Positions 54,724 through 63,366 of a DNA stretch of 64,000 bases are shown piece by piece. Location: the NCBI GenBank assembly GCA_028864975.1, contig JAGWLG010000009.1:32001-96000 (forward strand). Direction: 5' to 3'. This stretch comes from Thermoplasmata archaeon. GTDB lineage: Archaea; Thermoplasmatota; Thermoplasmata; Lutacidiplasmatales; UBA184. Numbering within the stretch: the stretch's first letter is position 1; each line of letters starts with the position of its first letter. The position numbers were made by a program, and so were the translations under genes. Below the pieces are notes generated by a model that was given only the letters and a program-made list of their open reading frames with translations, had not been told where the DNA came from and ran no database searches.

Positions 54724-55749
54724 CTACTTCCCCTCGTTCGCGGCCAGGTACATGAGCGTCACGAAGGCGAACTGTCCCAGCGGGATCATGAGGCCGATGA
54801 TCGCCCATAGGAAGGTCAGGACCTGGGCCCCGTAGTTCCCGACGATGGCGAAGATGGCGAGCATGATCACGAGGAAGAGGGGGAACGCGACGATGGTCGT
54901 CACGAAGACCTCGGCGAGGAGACCCATGCTCTCCACGCGCTTCAGGAGGTCGAGCTTGTTCTCGCGCTCGTACTGTTCGGCCTTGAGCAGGAAGTAGGGC
55001 TTGAGCAACCCTCCGCTCGTCGCGGTGGTCACCACCCCCTGCAGGAAGTCCTGGAAGCGCTTGGAGGGGGTCCGGTTCGCGCCCTGCTTGATCGCGGTCA
55101 GGATATCGATGCCCAGGAGCTCGGTGTCCCGGGTGATCCATGCCGCTTCCTCCGCGACCTGGCCGTAGATCTTCTGCTGGCCGAGCTCCTTGAAGATCGC
55201 ATCGATGTTGACGTCAGCGCTCGCCATCGCGGAGACGAAGCTCATCGCGGCGGAGATCTTCACGTCGATCTTCTTCCCGCGGGACTTCGCCCGGGAGTGG
55301 GGCGCGCTCCTCAGGATCATCGGCAGGACGAAGAACATGATGAGGACGAGGACCGCGCCGATCGCGATCGGGATGAAGATGTTGAGGCCGCCCAGGACCC
55401 CCAGGAGCAGGATGATGACCCCGGCGAGGGCGAGCCCCGCGGGGAGCAGCACGACCCACTGGAGGAACATCACGTAGGCCAGGTATTCGTCGGCCCGGAT
55501 CCTCATGTGCGCGCGAGGGAGCTCCTCGGCGAGGAGCGGGTCGGGGTTGCCCCGGACACGGTCCTTGAACATCCTCCAGGCCGTCACCTGGAGCGGCGTC
55601 AGCCCGGCGAAGTCCGGTTGCTCGCCCTTCTTCAGGCGGACGGCGCGGTGGACCTTCTCATCCACCTTCACCACGGCCGCGTGGGTCCGGTAGAGCGACT
55701 TGCGCTCCGCTTCGAGCCGGCCGAAGCTATCGACGGCTTCCGGTGCCAT
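54724..55749 (-). CDS. TadB/TadC-like pilus membrane platform protein
   Basis: A...A..MASA, YG..AEEA..I.RD....G.D...A, TPS..F..FL.G....SGG; TM helices. Confidence 0.9.
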   Translation of the reverse strand: MAPEAVDSFGRLEAERKSLYRTHAAVVKVDEKVHRAVRLKKGEQPDFAGLTPLQVTAWRMFKDRVRGNPDPLLAEELPRAHMRIRADEYLAYVMFLQWVVLLPAGLALAGVIILLLGVLGGLNIFIPIAIGAVLVLIMFFVLPMILRSAPHSRAKSRGKKIDVKISAAMSFVSAMASADVNIDAIFKELGQQKIYGQVAEEAAWITRDTELLGIDILTAIKQGANRTPSKRFQDFLQGVVTTATSGGLLKPYFLLKAEQYERENKLDLLKRVESMGLLAEVFVTTIVAFPLFLVIMLAIFAIVGNYGAQVLTFLWAIIGLMIPLGQFAFVTLMYLAANEGK

Positions 55750-57408
55750 TTACGCCGCCACCTCCGGGCGGTAGCCGATCTTGGTCATGACCTCGGTCGC
55801 ATCGCGGTAGTAGCTCGTGACCAGCTTCCAGATCTGGCGATAGTCGACCATCTTCTGCTCGACCATGTACTTGACCACGGCAACGCGCCGCTGGAACTCC
55901 GCCTCCATCTCTTCGTGGGTCAGGTTCTTGAGCTCCATCAGGGTGTCGAAAAGGAACGAGTGGCCCTTGAAGTTGAACGCATCCTTCGAAGGGTCCCATT
56001 CGTAGACCGTGTTCGTGATGAGCTCGTTCGTCTCGGGCTCGAAACCGACGATCTCCAGGATCTGCTTGATCCTCCGGACGACCGAGTCCCCCACGCGCCC
56101 CTGGTACTGGATGATGACCGTGTTGAGCGCGGCGAGCAGGATGCGCGGCGTGTTGATGGGGGGGTTCTCGAGACGGTTGACCATGCTCTTGACGCTGTCC
56201 GCGTGCATGGTCGAGTAGGTACAGTGGCCCGTGGCCATCGCCTGGAACATCGTGTAGGTCTCCTTCCCTCGCACCTCCCCCACGATGATGTAGTTCGGGC
56301 GCTGACGCAACGCCGCACGGACCAGGTCGAACATGTCGACCTCCCCGGCGGCCTTCCCGTCCGGCCCCCGGTCGCCGGAGCCGCTCCGCGTCGCTCCGGG
56401 GATCCAGTTCTCGTGGGGCAAGTTCACTTCCCGGGTGTCCTCGAGCGAGACGATCTTCGCTGTGGGGGGGATGAACAGCGCCGCCGCGTTCAGCGTCGAC
56501 GTCTTGCCCGAAGCAGGCCCACCGCAGATGATCATCGACTGCTGGTTCTCCGCCGCAAGCCAGAGGTAGGCGACCATCTCGGGGCTCGCCGTCCCCGCCA
56601 GCACGAGGTCGACGGGGGTCCAGGGCTTCTCCTTGAACCGACGGATGGTGAAGCTCCCGCCGCGGGTCGTGACCTCCCGCGCATAGGTGGCTTGGACACG
56701 GTGCCCTTCGGGAGTGGTCCCGTCCAAGATGGGGGCGGAGCGGGAGACCTGCTTGCCGCAGCGCTGACCCAGGCTCACGACGAAGCTGTTGAGCGCGTCC
56801 TCGTCATCGAAGATGACGTTGGTCTTGACGCTCTCGTACTTCTTGTGGAAGACGTAGAGCGGGACCTCGACGCCATCGCAGGAGATGTCCTCCAGCGCCT
56901 CGTCCGCCATCAGGACGTCCACGGGTCCGTAGCCGACGAAGTCGCGGAGGATGTAGTAGGAGATCCGCTCCAGCGACAGCGGCGAGAGCGAGACCGAGCG
57001 GGTCTTGAGGTAGTTCTCGACCGTCTGACGTAGATGGGCCCGCTTGTCCGCGGTCTTCATCTTCGTCCCCTCGGCACCCAGGAGCTTGTCCAGGGTCTCC
57101 TTGATGTGTTTGAGGACGGTCTTCTCGCTCCCCGTGAGCTGGGGCTCGATGACCTCGTAGAGGTACTCCTTCGTACGGTCGTTGTAGGTCACCCGCGAGA
57201 AGGAATAGGGAGGCTGCACTCCCACCAGTTCCACCAGCCGAGAGGCCTTTTCCGGTGGTGGGGGAACGGCGGTGATGTAGGTGCCCGCGAGGTCCGCGCT
57301 CCCCTCTTTCGCTCCCGGTTCGGCGCCGGGGGCCGACGGCTTCGCCTTGAGCTTCCCCTTGGGGACGCGGATGACGTAAGCACCTTGGGTGGTCTGGGTC
57401 GTCGCCAT
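55750..57408 (-). CDS. Type II/IV secretion (archaeal pilus) ATPase 1
   Basis: EDISCDG, GGPASGKTS, SLEDTREV, RQRPNYIIVGEVRG.E, MATGH...TMHA. Confidence 0.95.
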   Translation of the reverse strand: MATTQTTQGAYVIRVPKGKLKAKPSAPGAEPGAKEGSADLAGTYITAVPPPPEKASRLVELVGVQPPYSFSRVTYNDRTKEYLYEVIEPQLTGSEKTVLKHIKETLDKLLGAEGTKMKTADKRAHLRQTVENYLKTRSVSLSPLSLERISYYILRDFVGYGPVDVLMADEALEDISCDGVEVPLYVFHKKYESVKTNVIFDDEDALNSFVVSLGQRCGKQVSRSAPILDGTTPEGHRVQATYAREVTTRGGSFTIRRFKEKPWTPVDLVLAGTASPEMVAYLWLAAENQQSMIICGGPASGKTSTLNAAALFIPPTAKIVSLEDTREVNLPHENWIPGATRSGSGDRGPDGKAAGEVDMFDLVRAALRQRPNYIIVGEVRGKETYTMFQAMATGHCTYSTMHADSVKSMVNRLENPPINTPRILLAALNTVIIQYQGRVGDSVVRRIKQILEIVGFEPETNELITNTVYEWDPSKDAFNFKGHSFLFDTLMELKNLTHEEMEAEFQRRVAVVKYMVEQKMVDYRQIWKLVTSYYRDATEVMTKIGYRPEVAA

Positions 57409-57424
57409 TTCTCGTTCCTAGCTC

Positions 57425-58372
57425 CTAACTGGGGTTACCGATGCCCATCTGGATGGTGAAGGTTGCGACCGTGAAGGTGAAGGTGGGGACCGTCGGGAAG
57501 TAGACATGCATCTGTTGGAGCTGGTCCACCAGCCCCAGGTTCGCGGGGCAGGTCGCGGGGCTGAACTGCGGGACGATCCCGTTCTGCTTGAGCACATTCC
57601 CGAGGAACGACTGCCAAGCGCACGGGTAGTAGGTGTCGAAGGTCATGTTCACCGCGGTGTTCGAGGTCTGCCAGATCTGGCTCTGGATGTAGGTGACATA
57701 GACCTCGTTGGTGCCGGTGGAGGAGAGCCGCGTCGTGTTCCCGTACATGTAATAGAGGGTGATCGAGAGGGCCTGCTGGAACCCCGTCCCGGTCGCGGTG
57801 ATGCTCGGCTGGTAGAGCATCGTCTGCTGGTTGCCTCCCTGGGTCTGGAAGAGCCCTCCGAGGGTGATGACGTAGGTCACGGGAGTGTAGTAGCGGTTGG
57901 GGAGGACCATCGAGATCTCGGCGGGGGAGTTGTTCCAGTACGTGTTCCCATGAGGTTGCGGAGGCCCGTAGGGCGATGCGGACATGTTGAAACTGACATT
58001 GGCGTAGAGCTGGGGGATCTGGAGGAAGGAGAGGGTCCCCTGCGTCGGAGTGGCGAAGACCGGGATCCCTCCGGACTGCATCGTGACCGGGGTCGAACAT
58101 CCGTGCCCGGGGATGTTGTAGAGCGCAAGGAGGTCCATGCACTGCTTGACCTCCCCCAGCTGACCGGCGACCTGGTTCGCGAACATCGACTCGTTGTCGG
58201 CCATCCAGAGGGGAAGGAACTGGGTCAGGAAGATCCCGAACAGGGTCATGAACACGAGAAGGGCGAGCAGGGTGCCTACCACGGCCGCGACCCCGCGGGA
58301 GGAGCGCTGGAGCCGCCGCCCCCGTAGCCTCTTGAGGGGACGGCCGGGGATGCGGTCGCGTGGGCAAGACAT
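57425..58372 (-). CDS. Archaeal pilin-like protein with class III signal peptide
   Basis: Minus strand checked on the sequence; basic leader RRLQRSSRG then hydrophobic VAAVVGTLLALLVFMTLFGIFL; Thr/Asn/Tyr-rich extracellular domain with many N-x-S/T sequons. Confidence 0.85.
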   Translation of the reverse strand: MSCPRDRIPGRPLKRLRGRRLQRSSRGVAAVVGTLLALLVFMTLFGIFLTQFLPLWMADNESMFANQVAGQLGEVKQCMDLLALYNIPGHGCSTPVTMQSGGIPVFATPTQGTLSFLQIPQLYANVSFNMSASPYGPPQPHGNTYWNNSPAEISMVLPNRYYTPVTYVITLGGLFQTQGGNQQTMLYQPSITATGTGFQQALSITLYYMYGNTTRLSSTGTNEVYVTYIQSQIWQTSNTAVNMTFDTYYPCAWQSFLGNVLKQNGIVPQFSPATCPANLGLVDQLQQMHVYFPTVPTFTFTVATFTIQMGIGNPS

Positions 58373-58513
58373 CGGTGAACAACCCCTCGGGCCACCGACC
58401 CGTTGGGCGTAAGGATGTACCTCGAAGCCCGTCTTAAACCCTCCCCTGGGGGTCGCCCGAAGCCTCGAGGGCCGTCCAAATCATTAAACCCTCGCCCCAC
58501 TGGAAGCCGACCC

Positions 58514-59005
58514 ATGACCGTCCAGGAGATCTCCCTTGTCGTGGCGAACCGCCCCGGGGCCTTGCGGGATGTCGCCCACCTCCTCGCCGAAGGCAGGATC
58601 AACGTCGCGGCCCTCTCGGTCGCTTCTCAGGGGAACCGGAGCTTCTGCCGCGTCGTGGTGAACGATACCGAGAACGCCCTCTGGCGGCTGAGAAAGGCCG
58701 GCTACAAGGTCGACGCGACCGACCTCCTTATCGTCCATATGGAGGACAAGGCCGGGGCGCTGGTGCGGGTCCTGGATGTCCTGGCCGCCAAGAAGATCAA
58801 CGTTCTCGCCGCCTGCATCCTCGTCACCCGGGCCCACCAGCGGGTCCTCATCGGTCTGGCCGTTACGAACCCCCAGCGGGCGCGAACGATCCTCTCGGAC
58901 AGCGGATTCCTGGCCCCGGGAGCGGAGGAGCTGGTGACCAACGCCGACCTGGTCGCGGGCACCCCCTCGGCGGTCCCCGGGGAATCGGTCGGTCTGCTCC
59001 TCTAG
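58514..59005 (+). CDS. ACT domain protein (two ACT repeats)
   Basis: Start re-called to ATG 58514; NRPGAL..V...LA...IN, EDKAGAL..VL..LA...IN. Confidence 0.88.
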   Translation: MTVQEISLVVANRPGALRDVAHLLAEGRINVAALSVASQGNRSFCRVVVNDTENALWRLRKAGYKVDATDLLIVHMEDKAGALVRVLDVLAAKKINVLAACILVTRAHQRVLIGLAVTNPQRARTILSDSGFLAPGAEELVTNADLVAGTPSAVPGESVGLLL

Positions 59006-60213
59006 CCCGAGCCGGCATCCGGGGAGGCCGGCCCTCGTGCAGGGTCCCTGAGGCGGCCCGCTCTCCGCGGAGGTAGGGGGGCCACCGAGAGGGTGACCCC
59101 TGCTCCCGGCTGCTCCCGTTCGACCAGCGCCCGTACCGACTCCATCTGGCGGCGGTAGGTCTTGCTGTCGCCCTCTCGGATCGCCTTGCGGAGCCCTCCC
59201 AGGGCCGTCTCCAATCGGGTGAACAGGGCTTCCGAGGCGGGGTTCAAGGTCTGGATGTCGAAGGAAAGCTCGGGGTTCTCCGAGGCGATGATCCCGGCGG
59301 TCTCCGCCTGGCGGAGGAAGCTCGTGGGAGCGGCGCGGAAGAGCTCACCGGGGGGGCGAGGGTTCTCCGCGAGGGCGGCCCCGAAGAGCAAGCTCACGAC
59401 GTGGGGAAGGGCCAGGGTCTCGGCCATGAGCGCGTCGTGCCGCTCGATCGGTAGCTCGTTGATCGTGAGCGAGCTCGCGGCGAAGAGCCTCCGGGCCCGT
59501 TCGTTGGCCCGGGCGTCCCCGCAGTCCAGGATAAGGAGGTTCCGGCCGGAGAGCGTGCGCGCCGAGGGCCCGAAGAGCGGGTGGACGCTCGTGATGTGGA
59601 ACCCCGCGTCCACGCCACGCCGGATCCAGGGAAGGATGGGCTGCTTGATCGAGAGGATGTCCAGGATCGTCCCCTCGGCCTCGGTCTTGAGGAGCTCCCG
59701 ATAGACCGCGGGGGCGGCCCGCATGGGTGTCGCGACCACCACGACGTCCGCGTCCTGGGCCGCGCGAGAGAGGTCCGACTGAACGGAGTACCCGCGGGCC
59801 CGTCGCGGGTCCGCCCGTGGGTCGAGGACCCCCACGCGATGCCCCCCTGCCCGGAGGAACTCTCGGACCCAGGCTCCCATCGCCCCTTCGCCGCCCACGA
59901 CGAGGACGTCCGACGCGCGCGGAGCGCCGCGGGCACCCTCGCCCATCCGCTCCTGGGCACGGACGGCCTCCTCGATGAGCCATCGGGCCAGCGCCTCGGC
60001 GCGCTCGGGGGGGACCTCGACGCGTGCCAGGTCCTCCGTCCAACGTTCGAGGACACTGCGCTCCGCGGCGTAGTCGCGGATCGGCAGGCCGACCGACCGT
60101 TTCGCCTCCCCGATCTGTCGCGCGATCGCCAAGCGGCGACCGACGGCGGAGCGGATCTCGGCGTCCGCCTTCGCGAGCTCCGCCCTCAGCTCCGAGAGAT
60201 CAGGGTCCGCCAC
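59002..60213 (-). CDS. tyrA: Chorismate mutase / prephenate dehydrogenase
   Basis: LSELR..L...D......RR.......K...LPI.D..E (CM); VVGG.GAMG, DILSIK, HPLFGP, HD..MA....LPH. Confidence 0.92.
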   Translation of the reverse strand: MADPDLSELRAELAKADAEIRSAVGRRLAIARQIGEAKRSVGLPIRDYAAERSVLERWTEDLARVEVPPERAEALARWLIEEAVRAQERMGEGARGAPRASDVLVVGGEGAMGAWVREFLRAGGHRVGVLDPRADPRRARGYSVQSDLSRAAQDADVVVVATPMRAAPAVYRELLKTEAEGTILDILSIKQPILPWIRRGVDAGFHITSVHPLFGPSARTLSGRNLLILDCGDARANERARRLFAASSLTINELPIERHDALMAETLALPHVVSLLFGAALAENPRPPGELFRAAPTSFLRQAETAGIIASENPELSFDIQTLNPASEALFTRLETALGGLRKAIREGDSKTYRRQMESVRALVEREQPGAGVTLSVAPLPPRRAGRLRDPARGPASPDAGSG

Positions 60214-60284
60214 GGACGTCCTCGGCCTCGCACAGAGGTATCCACCTTCCTGGCATAACCCCCCGGGGGGTGGGACGAAGGACG

Positions 60285-60818
60285 ATGAAGACGCTCGAGG
60301 TCCGTCGCCATAGCCTGCGCACCCCGCCAGAGGAGCACCTGTCCAAGGAAGGCCTCGAGCTCGCCGAAGACGTCGGCCGAAGTTCCGGGGGCTTTGCTGC
60401 CGCCCTCTCGAGCCCCCTCCCTAGGGCCAGGGAGACGGCGGAAGCCATGGGGGTCGTCCCGACCCGAGTGGAGGAGCTGTGGAGCTCCCTCGGAGAGGCG
60501 GACGACCTTCCCTGGCCGGCGACGTTCCTGATGTGTCGGGAAGCGTTGGCCCGCGGAGGAGGCGCGGCCCGGCTTTCCGGTCGTCTGGTCGCTTCAGCGC
60601 TACGGCTCGTCCAAGAGGTACCGGAGGATACCTCGGCGCTGATCATCACCCACGGAGGTCTGCCGGAACTCCTCGCCGCGGCGCTCTTCCCTGCCGAGGA
60701 CGCTCGCGCCTGGGGCGGCGCGTTGCGTTGCATGGAGGGGATCCGGATCACGTTCGAGGGGGGTCTACCGGTTCAGATCGGTGTCCTTCGGCTGGACCCG
60801 GGGCGGACCCGCCTCTGA
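60285..60818 (+). CDS. Histidine phosphatase superfamily protein
   Basis: Start re-called to ATG 60285; VRRHS, LS.EG, SSPL.RA.ETA, IITHGG. Confidence 0.82.
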   Translation: MKTLEVRRHSLRTPPEEHLSKEGLELAEDVGRSSGGFAAALSSPLPRARETAEAMGVVPTRVEELWSSLGEADDLPWPATFLMCREALARGGGAARLSGRLVASALRLVQEVPEDTSALIITHGGLPELLAAALFPAEDARAWGGALRCMEGIRITFEGGLPVQIGVLRLDPGRTRL

Positions 60819-60874
60819 GGACGAAGCCGTTCTCGGGAAGCCTTCTTAGGTCCCTCGAATCTGCGCCCCGCCGC

Positions 60875-60946
60875 GCGGACATAGTGTAGTGGTTAGCACG
60901 CAAGCTTCCCAAGCTTGCTACCCGGGTTCGAATCCCGGTGTCCGCA
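60875..60946 (+). tRNA. tRNA-Gly(CCC)
   Basis: Cloverleaf: acceptor GCGGACA/UGUCCGC, anticodon arm CAAGC-UUCCCAA-GCUUG, T-loop UUCGAAU; 72 nt, no encoded CCA. Confidence 0.96.
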
Positions 60947-61080
60947 TCGTGGAAACACCGTCGAACGAGAGGGTTTGAGACCCCCTCTAATCTGATGGAC
61001 AATCGGGCCCATCGAGGCGGGCCCACGTCGTGCCCGAGACGGTGTCCGCGGTCACGCTCCCCTCTTCTCGGATCTCTCGC

Positions 61081-61992
61081 TCAACCGATCTCGCGCTGTG
61101 CTCGCGTCCGAAGGAACTTCACGTTCTCTTCGAACTGCCCGGGCTCTTTCCACGCTCGGAACCGCGTGGGAACTCTGGGAACCCTCCGTGAAGGCAACGG
61201 TAGCGCGAGGATCGTCTCCAGGTAGTCCTGCATCGTCGTGATGCTCTCCCCCGTACCAATGGGCCCGTGACCTGGCACGACGCGTTCAGGACGAAGGTGT
61301 TCGATCTCCTTCAGGACCTTGAGCCAGTGCTCGGGGTCTCCGGAGGTGAGGTTCGGATGGGTCCCGCCGACCACCAGATCGCCCGCGCACACGACCCGGT
61401 CCTCGGGAAGGTGAAGGAGGGCGTCGCTCTCGGTGTGGCCGCTGCCAAAAGAGAGGAGTTGCGCCCTGCGCTGCCCTGGGAGCGTGAGGCGGTCGCGGAA
61501 GGTTCGGTTGGGAACGGTAAGATGGAGGTTGGGTGCGGCCCGCAGGACCCAACGGTTGAGTTCGAGAACGCCCCCGAGGTACGCCTTGGCGTCCTTCGTG
61601 GGAGCCGATCGCACCATCTCCTCGAGCCCTTGCACGTCCTTCTGAAGAGACTCGACCGAGATCTCCGAGGCGAGGGTCTCCCTTCGCTCGGTGAGGATCC
61701 GCTGTGTTCCCGTCGTGGAGTACCTGGGCAAGGATGCGAACACCTGGTTGCCGAGGAGATGGTCCAGGTGCCAGTGGCTGTTGGCCGCGAGGGTAGGATG
61801 TCTCCCGGTCGCCTCCACGGTCGCTCGGACCAGGTCCTCGGCGGCAAAGGGCGTGAGCGAGGTATCGAAGACCAGCACCTCCGATCCGAGGTCGACCAAC
61901 GTCGAGTTCGAGAGGGCGCCCCCGCTGCTCCGGGCGTGGGCGAAGATCGCTCCCTCGGTCAGGGTCTCGAAGTCGTAGTGGACCGACCGCAT
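61081..61992 (-). CDS. MBL-fold metallo-hydrolase
   Basis: SHWHLDH..GN, GHT..D, GDL, VPGHG; start re-called to ATG 61992. Confidence 0.9.
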   Translation of the reverse strand: MRSVHYDFETLTEGAIFAHARSSGGALSNSTLVDLGSEVLVFDTSLTPFAAEDLVRATVEATGRHPTLAANSHWHLDHLLGNQVFASLPRYSTTGTQRILTERRETLASEISVESLQKDVQGLEEMVRSAPTKDAKAYLGGVLELNRWVLRAAPNLHLTVPNRTFRDRLTLPGQRRAQLLSFGSGHTESDALLHLPEDRVVCAGDLVVGGTHPNLTSGDPEHWLKVLKEIEHLRPERVVPGHGPIGTGESITTMQDYLETILALPLPSRRVPRVPTRFRAWKEPGQFEENVKFLRTRAQREIG

Positions 61993-62092
61993 AGTGGTCT
62001 CACGGGCCGCCCTTCGGTCACCCCCCACGGGCCATGCTCCCGGCCGACTTGATGGCTGCTCAGACGCCCCGACGCAGGACCATCCTGGACCC

Positions 62093-62710
62093 TCAGCGCG
62101 GGTCGGGGGTGCGGGAGCCGGCCCGCCTCCTCCGGCGCACGTCTTCTCCCGAGGTCATCGACACCACCATCTCCCGTGGGGGAGCCATCTTGATCTCCCC
62201 CTCGGAACCGCGAGGGGCCTGCGCACCACGCGACACTGATCGCGGGGTGTCGTCGGTCTCGTCCTCGACGGGTCCGAGGTTCCGCAGCATGCTCTCGAGC
62301 CCGTTCTGCACGGTGCGTAGCTCCTCCGACGAAAGACCGGTGAGCATGGCCTGGACCCGACGTGCACGCCAGGTCTCGCTCCCGCGGGCGGCCCGTTCCC
62401 CCTGAGGGGTCAGCGTGAGGGTCACGACACGGCGGTCCTCCTCGCTGCGGAGCTTCCGGAGGAGCCCCTTGGTGGCGAGCCGGTCCGAGAGCCCGGTCAC
62501 GTCCGCCGGCGTGACCCCCAACAGGGGGCAGAGGTGTCGTGGGGGGAGGGGTCCGTGCTCGAGGAGCGCCCTCAACAAAGTCCCCTGCCGGTCGGTGAGG
62601 GAGGACCCCTCTGGCCCTCCGTTCAGGTACTCCAGCGACCTCCAATAGCAGAGCCGGAGCAGTCGTAGGAAGGTCTCGCGGTGGTCCGCCGTCGCTCCTT
62701 CGGTCGTCAT
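62093..62710 (-). CDS. MarR family transcriptional regulator
   Basis: LT..Q..LL..L, L....GV....VT....RL..KGL......DRR...L.LT..G. Confidence 0.88.
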   Translation of the reverse strand: MTTEGATADHRETFLRLLRLCYWRSLEYLNGGPEGSSLTDRQGTLLRALLEHGPLPPRHLCPLLGVTPADVTGLSDRLATKGLLRKLRSEEDRRVVTLTLTPQGERAARGSETWRARRVQAMLTGLSSEELRTVQNGLESMLRNLGPVEDETDDTPRSVSRGAQAPRGSEGEIKMAPPREMVVSMTSGEDVRRRRRAGSRTPDPR

Positions 62711-62711
62711 G

Positions 62712-63218
62712 CTATGCCCTCGCGCATGGTAGGTCCGTCAACGAAGGAGGTCGGTCCCGGACCGGGGCGGGGTCGGGACGATTTGCCAGAAGCAGCAAGG
62801 ACGAACGGAGGGCTAGCGCGAAGCGAGCAGAAGCGGTCGATGCCGCAGAGCCCTTGCCGGGCGGACTATCGCCCGAAGAGGAGCCGGTCTCTCCCGAGGA
62901 CCGAGCGGCCCCGCCGCTCCCTTCCACGCCTCGGGTGCAGGACGGGGAGGTCCGTCCGGTGCCGGCCGCATGGCCCTTCCGCCCACTCCCCCCCGGTCCT
63001 CCTAGGCAGCTAGGGCGCCCCCGGCCTCGCAGGTGCTGGGCGCGGAACGCCCCCAACGCGACCGGCACGGGACGAGGGCGAAGGTGAGAGCCATGCGAAG
63101 CACCCCCCGGTGCAAGAGAGGGGCTGGTCCCGGTCGAGACGACCCCGAGTCCCACGAGGAAGAGCGCGACGAGGAGGGCCGTCAACCCTCGCCAGAGCCC
63201 CCGGGACCCTCGGAACAC
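62712..63218 (-). CDS. Possible secreted low-complexity protein or gene remnant
   Basis: GTG 63218 with AT-rich TAGAAATAG about 28 nt upstream; signal-peptide-like LTALLVALFLVGLGVV, then Gly/Ser-rich sequence. Confidence 0.3.
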   Translation of the reverse strand: MFRGSRGLWRGLTALLVALFLVGLGVVSTGTSPSLAPGGASHGSHLRPRPVPVALGAFRAQHLRGRGRPSCLGGPGGSGRKGHAAGTGRTSPSCTRGVEGSGGAARSSGETGSSSGDSPPGKGSAASTASARFALALRSSLLLLANRPDPAPVRDRPPSLTDLPCARA

Positions 63219-63366
63219 GACCGAGAGAGGGAACCAGCCTATTTCTACGCCACCCGATACGCAACTGGAGCATCCCGGAGCGGCGAAAGATGGTGAGCTC
63301 GTCCCGGAGGCCGCGCTGGACCGCGATAGGGTTCGAACGAACGAGGTCCAGTGAGGGAGCCATGCC

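Noticed and set aside
51867-57408. One of the pilus ATPases as a true PilT
   Set aside because: Neither has the PilT AIRNLIRE motif; both look like archaeal VirB11/TadA-type ATPases
60951-61047. Possible MITE after tRNA-Gly (ACACCGTC ... GACGGTGT inverted repeat)
   Set aside because: Only 8 bp of perfect match, no target duplication, and no second copy in the window
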